Assembly (NCBI GenBank): GCA_045598385.1 | Contig: JAZLLY010000016.1 | Location: 153-64,152 of the forward strand | DNA: 64,000 nt | Reading direction: 5' to 3' | Source of the DNA: Eubacteriales bacterium | GTDB lineage: Bacteria; Bacillota; Clostridia; Oscillospirales; CAG-272 | In this document: positions 1 through 8,426 of the stretch, in pieces | Layout of the letters: each line of letters begins with the position of its first letter | Numbering within the stretch: position 1 is the stretch's first letter | Made by a program: the position numbers and the translations under genes | The notes under the pieces: model-generated | What the model was told of the DNA's origin: nothing | Seen by the model: only the letters and a program-made list of their open reading frames with translations | Database searches by the model: none

Positions 1-63
1 ATATGTCAAGAAGATATGGCTGATTTTATCCGATTATGCCTTTATTTTGCTGTAAAAAACAAG

Positions 64-105
64 AAGAAACGTCTTTTGCCTTGTTAGACAAAAGTTCGTT
101 CTTTT
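64..105. repeat. Imperfect hairpin, second copy of the hairpin next to tRNA-Leu
   Basis: AAGAAACGTCTTTTGCC-TTGTTA-GACAAAAGTTCGTTCTTTT; closely resembles 359-398. Confidence 0.55.
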
Positions 106-117
106 ATGTCAAAGACT

Positions 118-160
118 GACCAAACGTCGTAAAATCAGGGTAAGTAAGACCAAACGTCGT
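118..160 (+). repeat. 13-bp direct repeat GACCAAACGTCGT x2 (30-bp period)
   Basis: Exact copies at 118-130 and 148-160. Confidence 0.8.
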
Positions 161-238
161 TTTTCTGCAAGTTTGTTTTCTTTGATAAGACATACTGCCT
201 TTCTGCAAAAAATTAATCATATTTTACAAAAAAAAATC

Positions 239-358
239 AATGATGTCGCCGCTTTGCGGCTGATGATGTTTCGTCGCTACGCTTCGAAATGATTTTGCTC
301 ACTCCGTTCGCAATGATGCGATGTTTGCCTCTCATGCCCGGCAGGGCAAACATCATTC
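239..358. repeat. Array of short palindromes separated by TGAT(G) spacers (REP-like)
   Basis: Four units: GCCGC-TTT-GCGGC, TTCG..CGAA, TTGC..GCAA, GATGTTTGCC..GGCAAACATC, each preceded by TGATG/TGATT. Confidence 0.6.
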
Positions 359-398
359 AAAAAACGCCTTTTGTCCGATAGACAAAAGACGTTTTTTG
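359..398 (-). terminator. Intrinsic terminator downstream of tRNA-Leu
   Basis: AAAAAACGCCTTTTGTC-CGATA-GACAAAAGACGTTTTTT stem with A/T tracts. Confidence 0.75.
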
Positions 399-399
399 T

Positions 400-482
400 T
401 GGTGCGAGCGACAGGAATTGAACCTGCATGGAAATCCGCCAGATCCTAAGTCTGGTGCGTCTGCCAGTTCCGCCACGCTCGC
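400..482 (-). tRNA. tRNA-Leu(TAG)
   Basis: Minus strand GCGAGCG acceptor stem, TGGCGGAACTGGCAGACGC D-arm, anticodon arm CCAGA-CTTAGGA-TCTGG, long variable arm, GGTTCAATTCC T-loop, encoded CCA. Confidence 0.97.
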
Positions 483-490
483 GTACCTGT

Positions 491-519
491 ATTTTATCAT
501 ATACCGGGACGGATTTCAA
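491..519 (-). promoter_or_regulatory. SigA-type promoter for tRNA-Leu
   Basis: TTGAAA-17-TAAAAT with TG extension. Confidence 0.6.
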
Positions 520-554
520 GAACTTCTTTCATATTGTGAAAATCTTAATTCCCC

Positions 555-583
555 TTGACGCAACTATTATATTATGATACAAT
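555..583 (+). promoter_or_regulatory. SigA-type promoter for ruvC operon
   Basis: TTGACG-17-TACAAT with TG extension. Confidence 0.65.
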
Positions 584-612
584 AGTATGAATAATTATGG
601 GGAGGCAATAAG

Positions 613-1113
613 ATGCGGATACTCGGCATTGATCCCGGGCTCGCCATCGTCGGATGGTGCGTTCTCGAATCGAATAACGGCGTTTGTCGTCCGATTGCCT
701 TCGGCGCCATTACGACGCCTGCTCATACTTTGATCGAATCCCGGCTTCTGACGATCGAGCAGGACCTCTCCTCGGTGATCGAGAAGTACAGACCTGAAGA
801 GATGGCGATCGAGGAGTTATTTTTTACAAACAATATTACAACGGGTATTCCGGTTGCTCATGCGCGGGGCGTGATTCTTTGTACGGCTTATAAGTTCGGT
901 CTGAAAATCAGCGAATATACGCCGATGCAGATCAAGCAAGCCGTCGTCGGTTACGGAAAAGCGGACAAGCATCAGGTGATCGCCATGGTCACGACGATCC
1001 TCCGTCTGCCAAAGCCGCCCAAGCCGGACGATACTGCGGATGCCGTCGCAGTCGCTCTTTGTCACGCGCAGACCTCTCATTCCGTGATGAAACAGTATTT
1101 TAATCAAAGATAG
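613..1113 (+). CDS. ruvC: Holliday junction endonuclease RuvC
   Basis: ILGIDPG, IEELFF, YTPMQIKQAVVGYGKADK, PDDTADAVAVALCH; GGAGG RBS. Confidence 0.96.
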   Translation: MRILGIDPGLAIVGWCVLESNNGVCRPIAFGAITTPAHTLIESRLLTIEQDLSSVIEKYRPEEMAIEELFFTNNITTGIPVAHARGVILCTAYKFGLKISEYTPMQIKQAVVGYGKADKHQVIAMVTTILRLPKPPKPDDTADAVAVALCHAQTSHSVMKQYFNQR

Positions 1114-1122
1114 GTAACGTCT

Positions 1123-1995
1123 ATGTGGATCAGCGATAAATGGAAAGACTATACCGTTCTCGATACCTCGGACGGGGAAAAACTCGAAATATGGGGAAAA
1201 TACTCTTTGGTACGCCCGGATCCTCAAGTCATCTGGTCGAGCGAGAAGAAAGATCCTCTCTGGAAATATGCCGACGCGCATTACACGAGAAGCAGAAGCG
1301 GCGGCGGATCCTGGAATGACAATAAGTTGCCTGCCTCCTGGCATATCACTTACGGAGATCTGATGTTTCTGATCAAGCCCATGGGCTTCAAACACACCGG
1401 TCTTTTCCCGGAACAGGCGACCAACTGGGATTGGTTCCGCTCTTTGATCGAAAGCGCGAAACGTCCAATCAAAGTGCTTAATCTTTTTGCCTATACGGGC
1501 GGGGCAACCGTCGCTGCTGCCAAAGCCGGGGCGTCCGTCGTTCACGTGGACGCGGCGAAAGGCATGGTGGAGACCGCAAAGGAAAACGCAAGACTTTCCG
1601 GTCTTTCGGACGCACCTATCCGCTATATCGTGGATGACTGCCGGAAATTCATCGAGCGCGAGATCCGCCGCGGAAACCGTTACGACGGGATTATCATTGA
1701 TCCGCCGTCTTACGGCAAAGGTCCGACCGGGGAAGTCTGGAAGATCGAAGAATGCATCGACGATTTCGTCGCTTTGACGACAAAAGTCCTTTCGGATCGC
1801 CCACTCTTTTATCTTTTGAATTCATACACGACCGGTTTATCGGCGTCAACGATGAAATATATAACGGATATACGTATTACTTCAAGGTTCGGGGGAAAAA
1901 GCGAAGCAGAAGAGATCGGCTTGCCTGTAAAAGCGACCGGATCGGCTCTTCCTTGCGGTTCTTCCGTTCGTGTTACGTTCCATTCGGAAGGATAA
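1123..1995 (+). CDS. Class I SAM-dependent methyltransferase (RlmI/YwbD-like)
   Basis: KHTGLFPEQ, VLNLFAYTGG SAM motif, IIIDPPSY. Confidence 0.85.
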   Translation: MWISDKWKDYTVLDTSDGEKLEIWGKYSLVRPDPQVIWSSEKKDPLWKYADAHYTRSRSGGGSWNDNKLPASWHITYGDLMFLIKPMGFKHTGLFPEQATNWDWFRSLIESAKRPIKVLNLFAYTGGATVAAAKAGASVVHVDAAKGMVETAKENARLSGLSDAPIRYIVDDCRKFIEREIRRGNRYDGIIIDPPSYGKGPTGEVWKIEECIDDFVALTTKVLSDRPLFYLLNSYTTGLSASTMKYITDIRITSRFGGKSEAEEIGLPVKATGSALPCGSSVRVTFHSEG

Positions 1996-1996
1996 T

Positions 1997-2890
1997 ATGG
2001 AAAAAGAAATCGTTATTGAAATCAAGGATCTGTCCTTTTCTTACGAGGAAAACCGGCAGACGGATTTTCTCCCGGAAAAAAGTGACATTCCTCCTGCGCT
2101 TTCGCACGTTGATCTGACGGTGCGATCGGGCGAATATATCGCCGTCGTCGGCCATAACGGGTCCGGAAAATCGACGCTTGCCAAAATCATCAATATGATC
2201 CTGATGCCAACTTGCGGTACCTATAAACTTTTCGGAAGGGAAGTCACCTCTCCCGATTTTACCGAGGACGATATGTATGATCTTCGCCGCAGGACGGGCA
2301 TGGTTTTTCAAAATCCCGATAATCAGCTCGTCGCAACGGTTGTAGAAGAAGACGTCGCCTTCGGACCCGAAAATCTCGGCTTGCCGTCGGAAGAGATCCG
2401 GGCGCGCGTGGAAGAGGCGCTGTCTCTTGTCGATATGACGGAGTTTCGCAACCACGCGCCGCACAAACTATCCGGCGGACAGAAGCAACGCGTCGCGATC
2501 GCCGGCATTATCGCGATGCACCCCGAGATCGTGATTTTCGATGAATCGACCGCTATGCTCGATCCTGTCGGCAGGGCTTCCGTTATTTCCATCATGGAAA
2601 AACTGCACGACGACGGTGCGACCGTGATCCATATCACGCACGATATGACCGAGGCGGCGAGAGCCGAGCGCATCGTTATCATGAACGACGGAGGGATCGT
2701 TATTGACGGTGTTCCCGAAAAAGTGTTCACCGACGTTTCTCTCCTACACCGCTACGGACTTTCCGCCCCCGATGAAACGGAGCTGCTCTCTATGCTTCGG
2801 GAAGCGGGATGTGCCGTTGCACCTTTCGCGCTGTCACCCGAGGATTGTGCCGACGCCATTTTGAATATGTTAAGGAATCGGAATGAATAA
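1997..2890 (+). CDS. ecfA1: ECF transporter ATPase A1
   Basis: GHNGSGKST, FQNPDNQ, LSGGQKQR, FDESTAMLD; start moved to ATG 1997 after GAAGGA. Confidence 0.92.
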   Translation: MEKEIVIEIKDLSFSYEENRQTDFLPEKSDIPPALSHVDLTVRSGEYIAVVGHNGSGKSTLAKIINMILMPTCGTYKLFGREVTSPDFTEDDMYDLRRRTGMVFQNPDNQLVATVVEEDVAFGPENLGLPSEEIRARVEEALSLVDMTEFRNHAPHKLSGGQKQRVAIAGIIAMHPEIVIFDESTAMLDPVGRASVISIMEKLHDDGATVIHITHDMTEAARAERIVIMNDGGIVIDGVPEKVFTDVSLLHRYGLSAPDETELLSMLREAGCAVAPFALSPEDCADAILNMLRNRNE

Positions 2891-3743
2891 ATTAGAACTT
2901 GTTGATGTTTCTTACCTTTACGGAAAAGACACGCCTTTTGAAAATCGGGCGCTTCAAAACGTTTCCGTCGGGTTTGAGGCAGGTAAAATAACGGGACTGA
3001 TGGGGCATACAGGATCCGGAAAATCCACGCTCGTCAATCTTTTGAACGGTTTATATAAGCCCACAGCCGGGACCGTGCTGCTGGACGGACACGATATTTG
3101 GGAAAAGCCCAAAGAGATCGCAAAGGTGCGTTTCCGTGTCGGTCTTGTCATGCAATATCCGGAGTATCAGCTTTTCGACGATACCGTAAGGATGGATATC
3201 GGTTTTGCTCCCCGTAATCTCGGTTTATCCGACTCCGAGATAGAATACCGGGTAAAAGAGGCGGCAAAATTCACAGGTCTTACGGACGACGTTCTCGATA
3301 AATCTCCTTTTGAACTCTCCGGCGGTCAGAAACGCCGTGTTGCCATCGCCGGCGTGATCGCTATGCGCCCGGAAGTCCTCGTGCTCGATGAACCTGCCGC
3401 GGGACTCGATCCGATCGGAAAGAAGACCATTTTCGAGGGATTGTCGGCTTTTGCCAAAGAAAGCGCAACGACGGTGATCCTCGTCAGTCACTCGATGGAA
3501 GATATGGCAAAATACTGCGATAATATCGTCATTATGAATCACGGTACGGTCTGCAAAAGCGGAACGGTCAACGAGATCTTTGAAGATCCCTCCATTCTTC
3601 CGGAAAACGGACTTTTGATTCCCGAACCGATGAAGATCGCCATGAAATTGCGTTCCGAGGGGATCGCGCTTTCCGGGGAATGTTATTCCTTGCGCGGACT
3701 TTGCGAAGCTATCCTTCGTTACAAGGAGGGATATGCCGTATGA
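2883..3743 (+). CDS. ecfA2: ECF transporter ATPase A2
   Basis: GHTGSGKST, QYPEYQLF, SPFELSGGQKRR, DEPAAGLDP. Confidence 0.92.
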   Translation: MNKLELVDVSYLYGKDTPFENRALQNVSVGFEAGKITGLMGHTGSGKSTLVNLLNGLYKPTAGTVLLDGHDIWEKPKEIAKVRFRVGLVMQYPEYQLFDDTVRMDIGFAPRNLGLSDSEIEYRVKEAAKFTGLTDDVLDKSPFELSGGQKRRVAIAGVIAMRPEVLVLDEPAAGLDPIGKKTIFEGLSAFAKESATTVILVSHSMEDMAKYCDNIVIMNHGTVCKSGTVNEIFEDPSILPENGLLIPEPMKIAMKLRSEGIALSGECYSLRGLCEAILRYKEGYAV

Positions 3744-4600
3744 TCTCGGATATTACACTCGGTCAGTTTTTCCCCGGCAACTCTTTTTTGCATAAACTGG
3801 ATCCCCGCACGAAAATCGTCATCGCCACGCTTTTCATCGTTGCGATCTTTCTCGTCAGCAATCCTCTGTCTTTCGCAATACTGACGCTCGCCGTTTTCGT
3901 TTGCGTTCTTGCTTCTGGTATCTCCGCCCGCGTGATCCTCAGGGGCATACGACCTCTGATCTTCATTATGATCTTTGCGTCGCTGCTCAATCTTTTCATG
4001 ACGACGGGAGAAGGAGAACCGCTCGTTTCATTCTGGGTTTTCAAAATCTATGAGGAGGGCATTATCCGCGCCGTTTTCATGACGCTCCGCGTGATCGTGC
4101 TGATCGTCGGTTCCAGTCTTTTTCTGACCTACACGACGTCGCCCATCGCCTTGACGGACGGACTTGAATCCCTTTTGTCACCTCTTTCGGTGCTTCATAT
4201 TCCCGTCCATATTTTCTCTATGATGATGTCGATCGCCCTTCGGTTCATTCCTACGCTCGTAGAAGAGACCGAGAAGATCATGAACGCGCAAAAATCCCGT
4301 GGCGCGGATTTTTCCTCCGGCAGTCTCGTAAAGCGGGCAAAAGCGCTGATTCCCATTCTCGTTCCGCTTTTTGTGTCGTCGTTCAAGCGGGCAGAGGAAC
4401 TTGCGACCGCCATGGAATGCCGCTGTTATCGCGTCGATAAACCGAGGACGAAAATGAAAACGAGGAATCTTACGGCTTCGGATTTCGTTGCCATGCTGGC
4501 AGGGGCGCTTTTCCTTGTCGGTGTCATTTTACTTCGGACTCTGCCGAACCGATTCGTATCGGACGCGCTTCTGTATCAAATTCTGTTTTACGGGTTGTGA
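3740..4600 (+). CDS. ecfT: ECF transporter transmembrane component T
   Basis: LHKLDPRTK, ALRFIPTL, AQKSRG, AMECRCY; ATGA overlap with ecfA2. Confidence 0.92.
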   Translation: MISDITLGQFFPGNSFLHKLDPRTKIVIATLFIVAIFLVSNPLSFAILTLAVFVCVLASGISARVILRGIRPLIFIMIFASLLNLFMTTGEGEPLVSFWVFKIYEEGIIRAVFMTLRVIVLIVGSSLFLTYTTSPIALTDGLESLLSPLSVLHIPVHIFSMMMSIALRFIPTLVEETEKIMNAQKSRGADFSSGSLVKRAKALIPILVPLFVSSFKRAEELATAMECRCYRVDKPRTKMKTRNLTASDFVAMLAGALFLVGVILLRTLPNRFVSDALLYQILFYGL

Positions 4601-4601
4601 T

Positions 4602-5351
4602 ATGATTTATTTTTGTAAGGTATCTTACGTCGGCACGGATTTTCACGGTTTTCAGGTGCAGCCCGGGAAAAGGACTGTACAGGGTGAACTTATGAAAGCG
4701 TTTACGGCGGCATTTCAGGCCGACGTATCCGTTACGGGTTGCAGCCGGACTGACGCGGGTGTTCACGCGACCGCATTTTATCTGACCGTAAAGACGGAAA
4801 GTGAAAGCATTCCGCCCGAAAAACTCCCTGTTGCCGTTTTGCCTTATCTGCCGCCCGATATTTCGGTTTACGAGGCGACGGCGGCGGATGCCGACTTTCA
4901 TCCAAGGTACGACGTCAAAAGCAAAGAATACACCTATAAGATCGTCAACCGCAAGATCCCCGATCCTTTTTCCTTTCACCGCGTCTGGTTTTTGCCGAGA
5001 AAGATCTCCGATGACGGGGTAGCGCGTATGCAAGAAGCGCTCCCATATCTCATCGGCACGCACGATTTCCGCGGATTTATGGCAGAGGGTTCGGACGTCG
5101 GGGATACGGTTCGTACCGTTTTTGACTGCTCACTTTCCAAAGAAGGCGATACTCTCACATTTCGCATCCGAGCCGACGGTTTTCTCTACAATATGGTGCG
5201 CATCATCGTCGGTACTCTCACGGACATCGGATACGGCAGACTGTCCCCGAATGTTCTTGCGGATATGTTGAGTACGCAGAACCGCGATCTCGGCGGTCCG
5301 ACGGCGCCTGCCGACGGGCTTTATCTCTCGGACGTTGATTACGGAAAATAA
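4602..5351 (+). CDS. truA: tRNA pseudouridine(38-40) synthase
   Basis: YVGTDFHGFQVQ, GCSRTDAGVHA, GFLYNMVRIIVG, GPTAPADGLYL. Confidence 0.95.
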   Translation: MIYFCKVSYVGTDFHGFQVQPGKRTVQGELMKAFTAAFQADVSVTGCSRTDAGVHATAFYLTVKTESESIPPEKLPVAVLPYLPPDISVYEATAADADFHPRYDVKSKEYTYKIVNRKIPDPFSFHRVWFLPRKISDDGVARMQEALPYLIGTHDFRGFMAEGSDVGDTVRTVFDCSLSKEGDTLTFRIRADGFLYNMVRIIVGTLTDIGYGRLSPNVLADMLSTQNRDLGGPTAPADGLYLSDVDYGK

Positions 5352-5395
5352 CATAAAAAATCTCCGACGGCAAATACTAACCGTCGGAGGTTTTT
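5351..5395 (+). terminator. Terminator hairpin containing a SigG/F-like promoter motif and the PBP RBS
   Basis: AAAAATCTCCGACGG-CAAATACTAA-CCGTCGGAGGTTTTT; ACATA-17-AATACTA; GGAGG in 3' arm. Confidence 0.6.
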
Positions 5396-7813
5396 ATGTC
5401 TGAACAATTCAATAAACCGGAAAAAAAGAGAAAAAGCGGCGTTCGTATTTTAGCCGCTGTATTGATATGTATCGCGTTTCTTACACTCGTCAGTTGCGTT
5501 TTCATTTCGGTATTCGCAAAGAAACACGTGGACTTTGAACAGGATGAAGTTCTATTCCGATCCGCGACGGAAGAAAGCGTGATCCGTATATACGCAGGAG
5601 GGGAAGAAAACCCCACCCTGTACGAAGAACTTTGTTTTTCCGAAAACCGGAAAATGTGGGTAGATCAGGAAAACGTGGCAGAGTGCGTAAAAGCGGCGTT
5701 TCTTGCCGCCGAGGACCGGGAATTTTATACCCATAAAGGCGTCAATCTGAAAAGAACGGTTTATGCCGCTGTCAATCTGATCACGAAAAAACAGTCGGTT
5801 TTCGGCGCTTCCACGATAACGCAGCAGGTCATCAAGAATATCAGCGGGGATGACGAGGTCACTTTTACGCGTAAATTGTCAGAGATTCTGCGAGCATATC
5901 ATATCGAAAAAGCGCACTCCAAAGACGAGATCCTCGGTGTGTATCTCAATATCGTTCCCCTCAGTGAAAACGTCGTCGGCGTCGGCAGCGGCGCACTCAC
6001 GTACTTTGATAAGGACGTTTCAAAACTGAATCCCGCAGAGGCGGCGACGCTCGCGGGGATCACGAACGCCCCGACGAGATATAACCCTTATCTTCATCCG
6101 GAGGCGTGTCTGGAAAAGAGAAATCACGTACTGTATGCGATGTATGACGCCGGGTATCTCGACGAAGACGAATACAGGACTTATGCCGCTTATCCTCTCG
6201 GTGTCGCAGAGCGGAAGAGCAGCGTGAACGATGTTTATTCCTGGTTCTCGGAAACGGTGATGACGGACGTACAAAACGCATTGATCGAAAGCGGTTATTC
6301 CGAAAATGCGGCAAAACAACTTCTGTATCGCGGCGGGCTTTCGATCTATGCGACGGTGGATCCCAAGATACAGAAAATCATGGAAAACTACTTTGAGAAT
6401 GACAGTAATCTTCCCGCGGAAACCAAAGACGGGCTTTCCTACGCGATGTGTGTTTTGGATTCTGCCAACGGGGATCTTCTCGGCGTGATCGGGAACAGTC
6501 GGGAAAAGACGGCAAACCGTGTGCAGAATTATGCGCTTTCCCCGCATACGCCGGGATCGTCATTGAAGCCGATCGCCCTATATGCGCCGTTGATTGATGA
6601 GGGAAAAATCAATGCGGCGACGGTTTTCGATGACGTGCCCGTCACGTTTTCGGAGAGCAACGGGGTGTATTCCGCTTATCCGCAGAACTCTCCGAAAGTC
6701 TATTCGGGACTCACGACGGTCGCCGACGCCATTCGTCTTTCCAAAAATACGGTCGCCGTCCGTCTTTATGGGGAACGTGGTGCCGAAGCCATCTACACGG
6801 ATCTTTACAGGACGTTCGGCTTTGATACGCTGATAAGAAAGAAGAGCAAAAGCGATTCATCGACTCTGACCGATCTCGCGGTTTCGCCTCTGGCTCTCGG
6901 ACAATTGACTTACGGCGTCAGCTTGCGAAAACTGACACAGGCATACACGGTTTTTCCGGCAGACGGCATTTTAAGAAACGGGAGAAGTTTCACGAAAGTG
7001 ACCGATACGGCGGGAAACGTACTTCTCGAGAACGAAAAAAGCGAAAAGCGCGTTTACGCAACCTCTACGGCGAGGATCATGAACCAACTGCTCAGCGGAG
7101 TCGTTAAAGACGGAACGGCAAAGTCCGTCACGCTGAAAAATACGATCGCGACAGCGGGAAAAACCGGAACTTCCGGGGATGACAAAGACCGTCTTTTTAT
7201 AGGATACACGCCTTACGTGACCGCCGGAATATGGTGTGGCTATCAGGACGGGACAAGATCCGTTTCTTCGGCTGCCCCCTCGCATTTGCAGATATGGGAC
7301 CGTGTGATGACGGAAATTGAGAATACCGTTTACGCGGATCACGCGACGCCGCGTTCCTTTTCGACCGATGGGCTTTTGCGCTGTTCTTATTGCAAGGATT
7401 CCGGAGAGCGCTTTTGCCCGACCTGCGCCCTCGATCCGAGAAACGACAGGATGGCATACGGGTTTTTTACGGCGGATAATCAGCCGACCGGCAATTGCTC
7501 ACGCCATATCGCCGTAGCGTATGATGAAACGACGGATGCGATCGCCGGAGACGGTTGTCCCACGGAGGATGTTCGCTTGATCGCTCTCGTAAAAGTCGAT
7601 GACCGCGCCTTTCCGAAAGATATCGTTGTGACGGATGCCGGTTACGTTTACCGGGAACTTGCAGAGGGCATACCTGTCGGAGATTCCTATGACATTCCGT
7701 ATTTCTATTATCAGATAAAGGACGGCGTATTTGTCGGGCGTTCACCCGGCAGTAAACAATTTAATTCCTTTTGCTATCTTCACGACGATGAAGAAGATGA
7801 AAAAAGTGCTTGA
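5396..7813 (+). CDS. Class A penicillin-binding protein (transglycosylase/transpeptidase)
   Basis: N-terminal TM; EDREFYTHKG, GASTITQQ, RKLSE; SSLK, SKN, KTG; Cys-rich C-terminus. Confidence 0.92.
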   Translation: MSEQFNKPEKKRKSGVRILAAVLICIAFLTLVSCVFISVFAKKHVDFEQDEVLFRSATEESVIRIYAGGEENPTLYEELCFSENRKMWVDQENVAECVKAAFLAAEDREFYTHKGVNLKRTVYAAVNLITKKQSVFGASTITQQVIKNISGDDEVTFTRKLSEILRAYHIEKAHSKDEILGVYLNIVPLSENVVGVGSGALTYFDKDVSKLNPAEAATLAGITNAPTRYNPYLHPEACLEKRNHVLYAMYDAGYLDEDEYRTYAAYPLGVAERKSSVNDVYSWFSETVMTDVQNALIESGYSENAAKQLLYRGGLSIYATVDPKIQKIMENYFENDSNLPAETKDGLSYAMCVLDSANGDLLGVIGNSREKTANRVQNYALSPHTPGSSLKPIALYAPLIDEGKINAATVFDDVPVTFSESNGVYSAYPQNSPKVYSGLTTVADAIRLSKNTVAVRLYGERGAEAIYTDLYRTFGFDTLIRKKSKSDSSTLTDLAVSPLALGQLTYGVSLRKLTQAYTVFPADGILRNGRSFTKVTDTAGNVLLENEKSEKRVYATSTARIMNQLLSGVVKDGTAKSVTLKNTIATAGKTGTSGDDKDRLFIGYTPYVTAGIWCGYQDGTRSVSSAAPSHLQIWDRVMTEIENTVYADHATPRSFSTDGLLRCSYCKDSGERFCPTCALDPRNDRMAYGFFTADNQPTGNCSRHIAVAYDETTDAIAGDGCPTEDVRLIALVKVDDRAFPKDIVVTDAGYVYRELAEGIPVGDSYDIPYFYYQIKDGVFVGRSPGSKQFNSFCYLHDDEEDEKSA

Positions 7814-7830
7814 AAATCAAGCACTTTTTT
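7800..7830. terminator. Bidirectional terminator
   Basis: AAAAAAGTGCTTGA-AAA-TCAAGCACTTTTTT between convergent genes. Confidence 0.8.
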
Positions 7831-8291
7831 CATTCAAGAACGGATTTTATAAGACGGTTTTCCGTGTCATATTCCAGTTTCAGAGAGAAGAACGGCGTCT
7901 CTTTTTCAAGCAAAGCGAGAAAGACGGCATCGCCTTCCCACAGGGGAAGAGTGAGAACATCTTTTTTATTCACCCATGAGAGAACGCCCTCGGGGCAGTC
8001 TTCCTGCAATTGACCGGTGTATTCGCGGCAGGTGAAAAGATGCATATATTCCGTCCCGAACTTTTCCGACACGAAAGTGATAAAGCCGCGGTAGATCAGT
8101 TTATCGGCAGAAAGTCCCGTTTCCTCAAGGATCTCGCGCCTCGCACAATCGAAAGGAGATTCTCCCTGTTGCATTTTTCCGCCGATGCCAACCCATTTTC
8201 CTTCGTTTTCATCATTTAGCTTCTTGACACGGTGCATCATAAGGTATTGACCGCGTTCGTTTTCCAGATAGCAGAGCGTCGTGTGTTTCAT
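7830..8291 (-). CDS. Nudix hydrolase (MutT/MutX-like 8-oxo-dGTP diphosphatase)
   Basis: Nudix box GGKMQQGESPFDCARREILEETGL; LPLWEGD. Confidence 0.88.
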   Translation of the reverse strand: MKHTTLCYLENERGQYLMMHRVKKLNDENEGKWVGIGGKMQQGESPFDCARREILEETGLSADKLIYRGFITFVSEKFGTEYMHLFTCREYTGQLQEDCPEGVLSWVNKKDVLTLPLWEGDAVFLALLEKETPFFSLKLEYDTENRLIKSVLE

Positions 8292-8369
8292 GTTCTCACC
8301 TCGTTATCATTGTAACACTTTTTCTTCCGAAAAACAAGCCGAAAGTTACGCCGAGTTCATAATTACGCG

Positions 8370-8398
8370 TTGACTTTCGGTATAAATTGTAGTATAAT
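8370..8398 (+). promoter_or_regulatory. SigA-type promoter of ABC exporter
   Basis: TTGACT-17-TATAAT. Confidence 0.7.
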
Positions 8399-8426
8399 CT
8401 TGTAGTTATTATAAGAAAGAATCGGT

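Noticed and set aside
118-358. Possible CRISPR array
   Set aside because: Repeats are only 5-13 bp, copies are too few, spacers are palindromic, and there are no cas genes in the window.
277-519. 80-aa ORF on the minus strand
   Set aside because: Overlaps tRNA-Leu, its terminator and the palindrome array.
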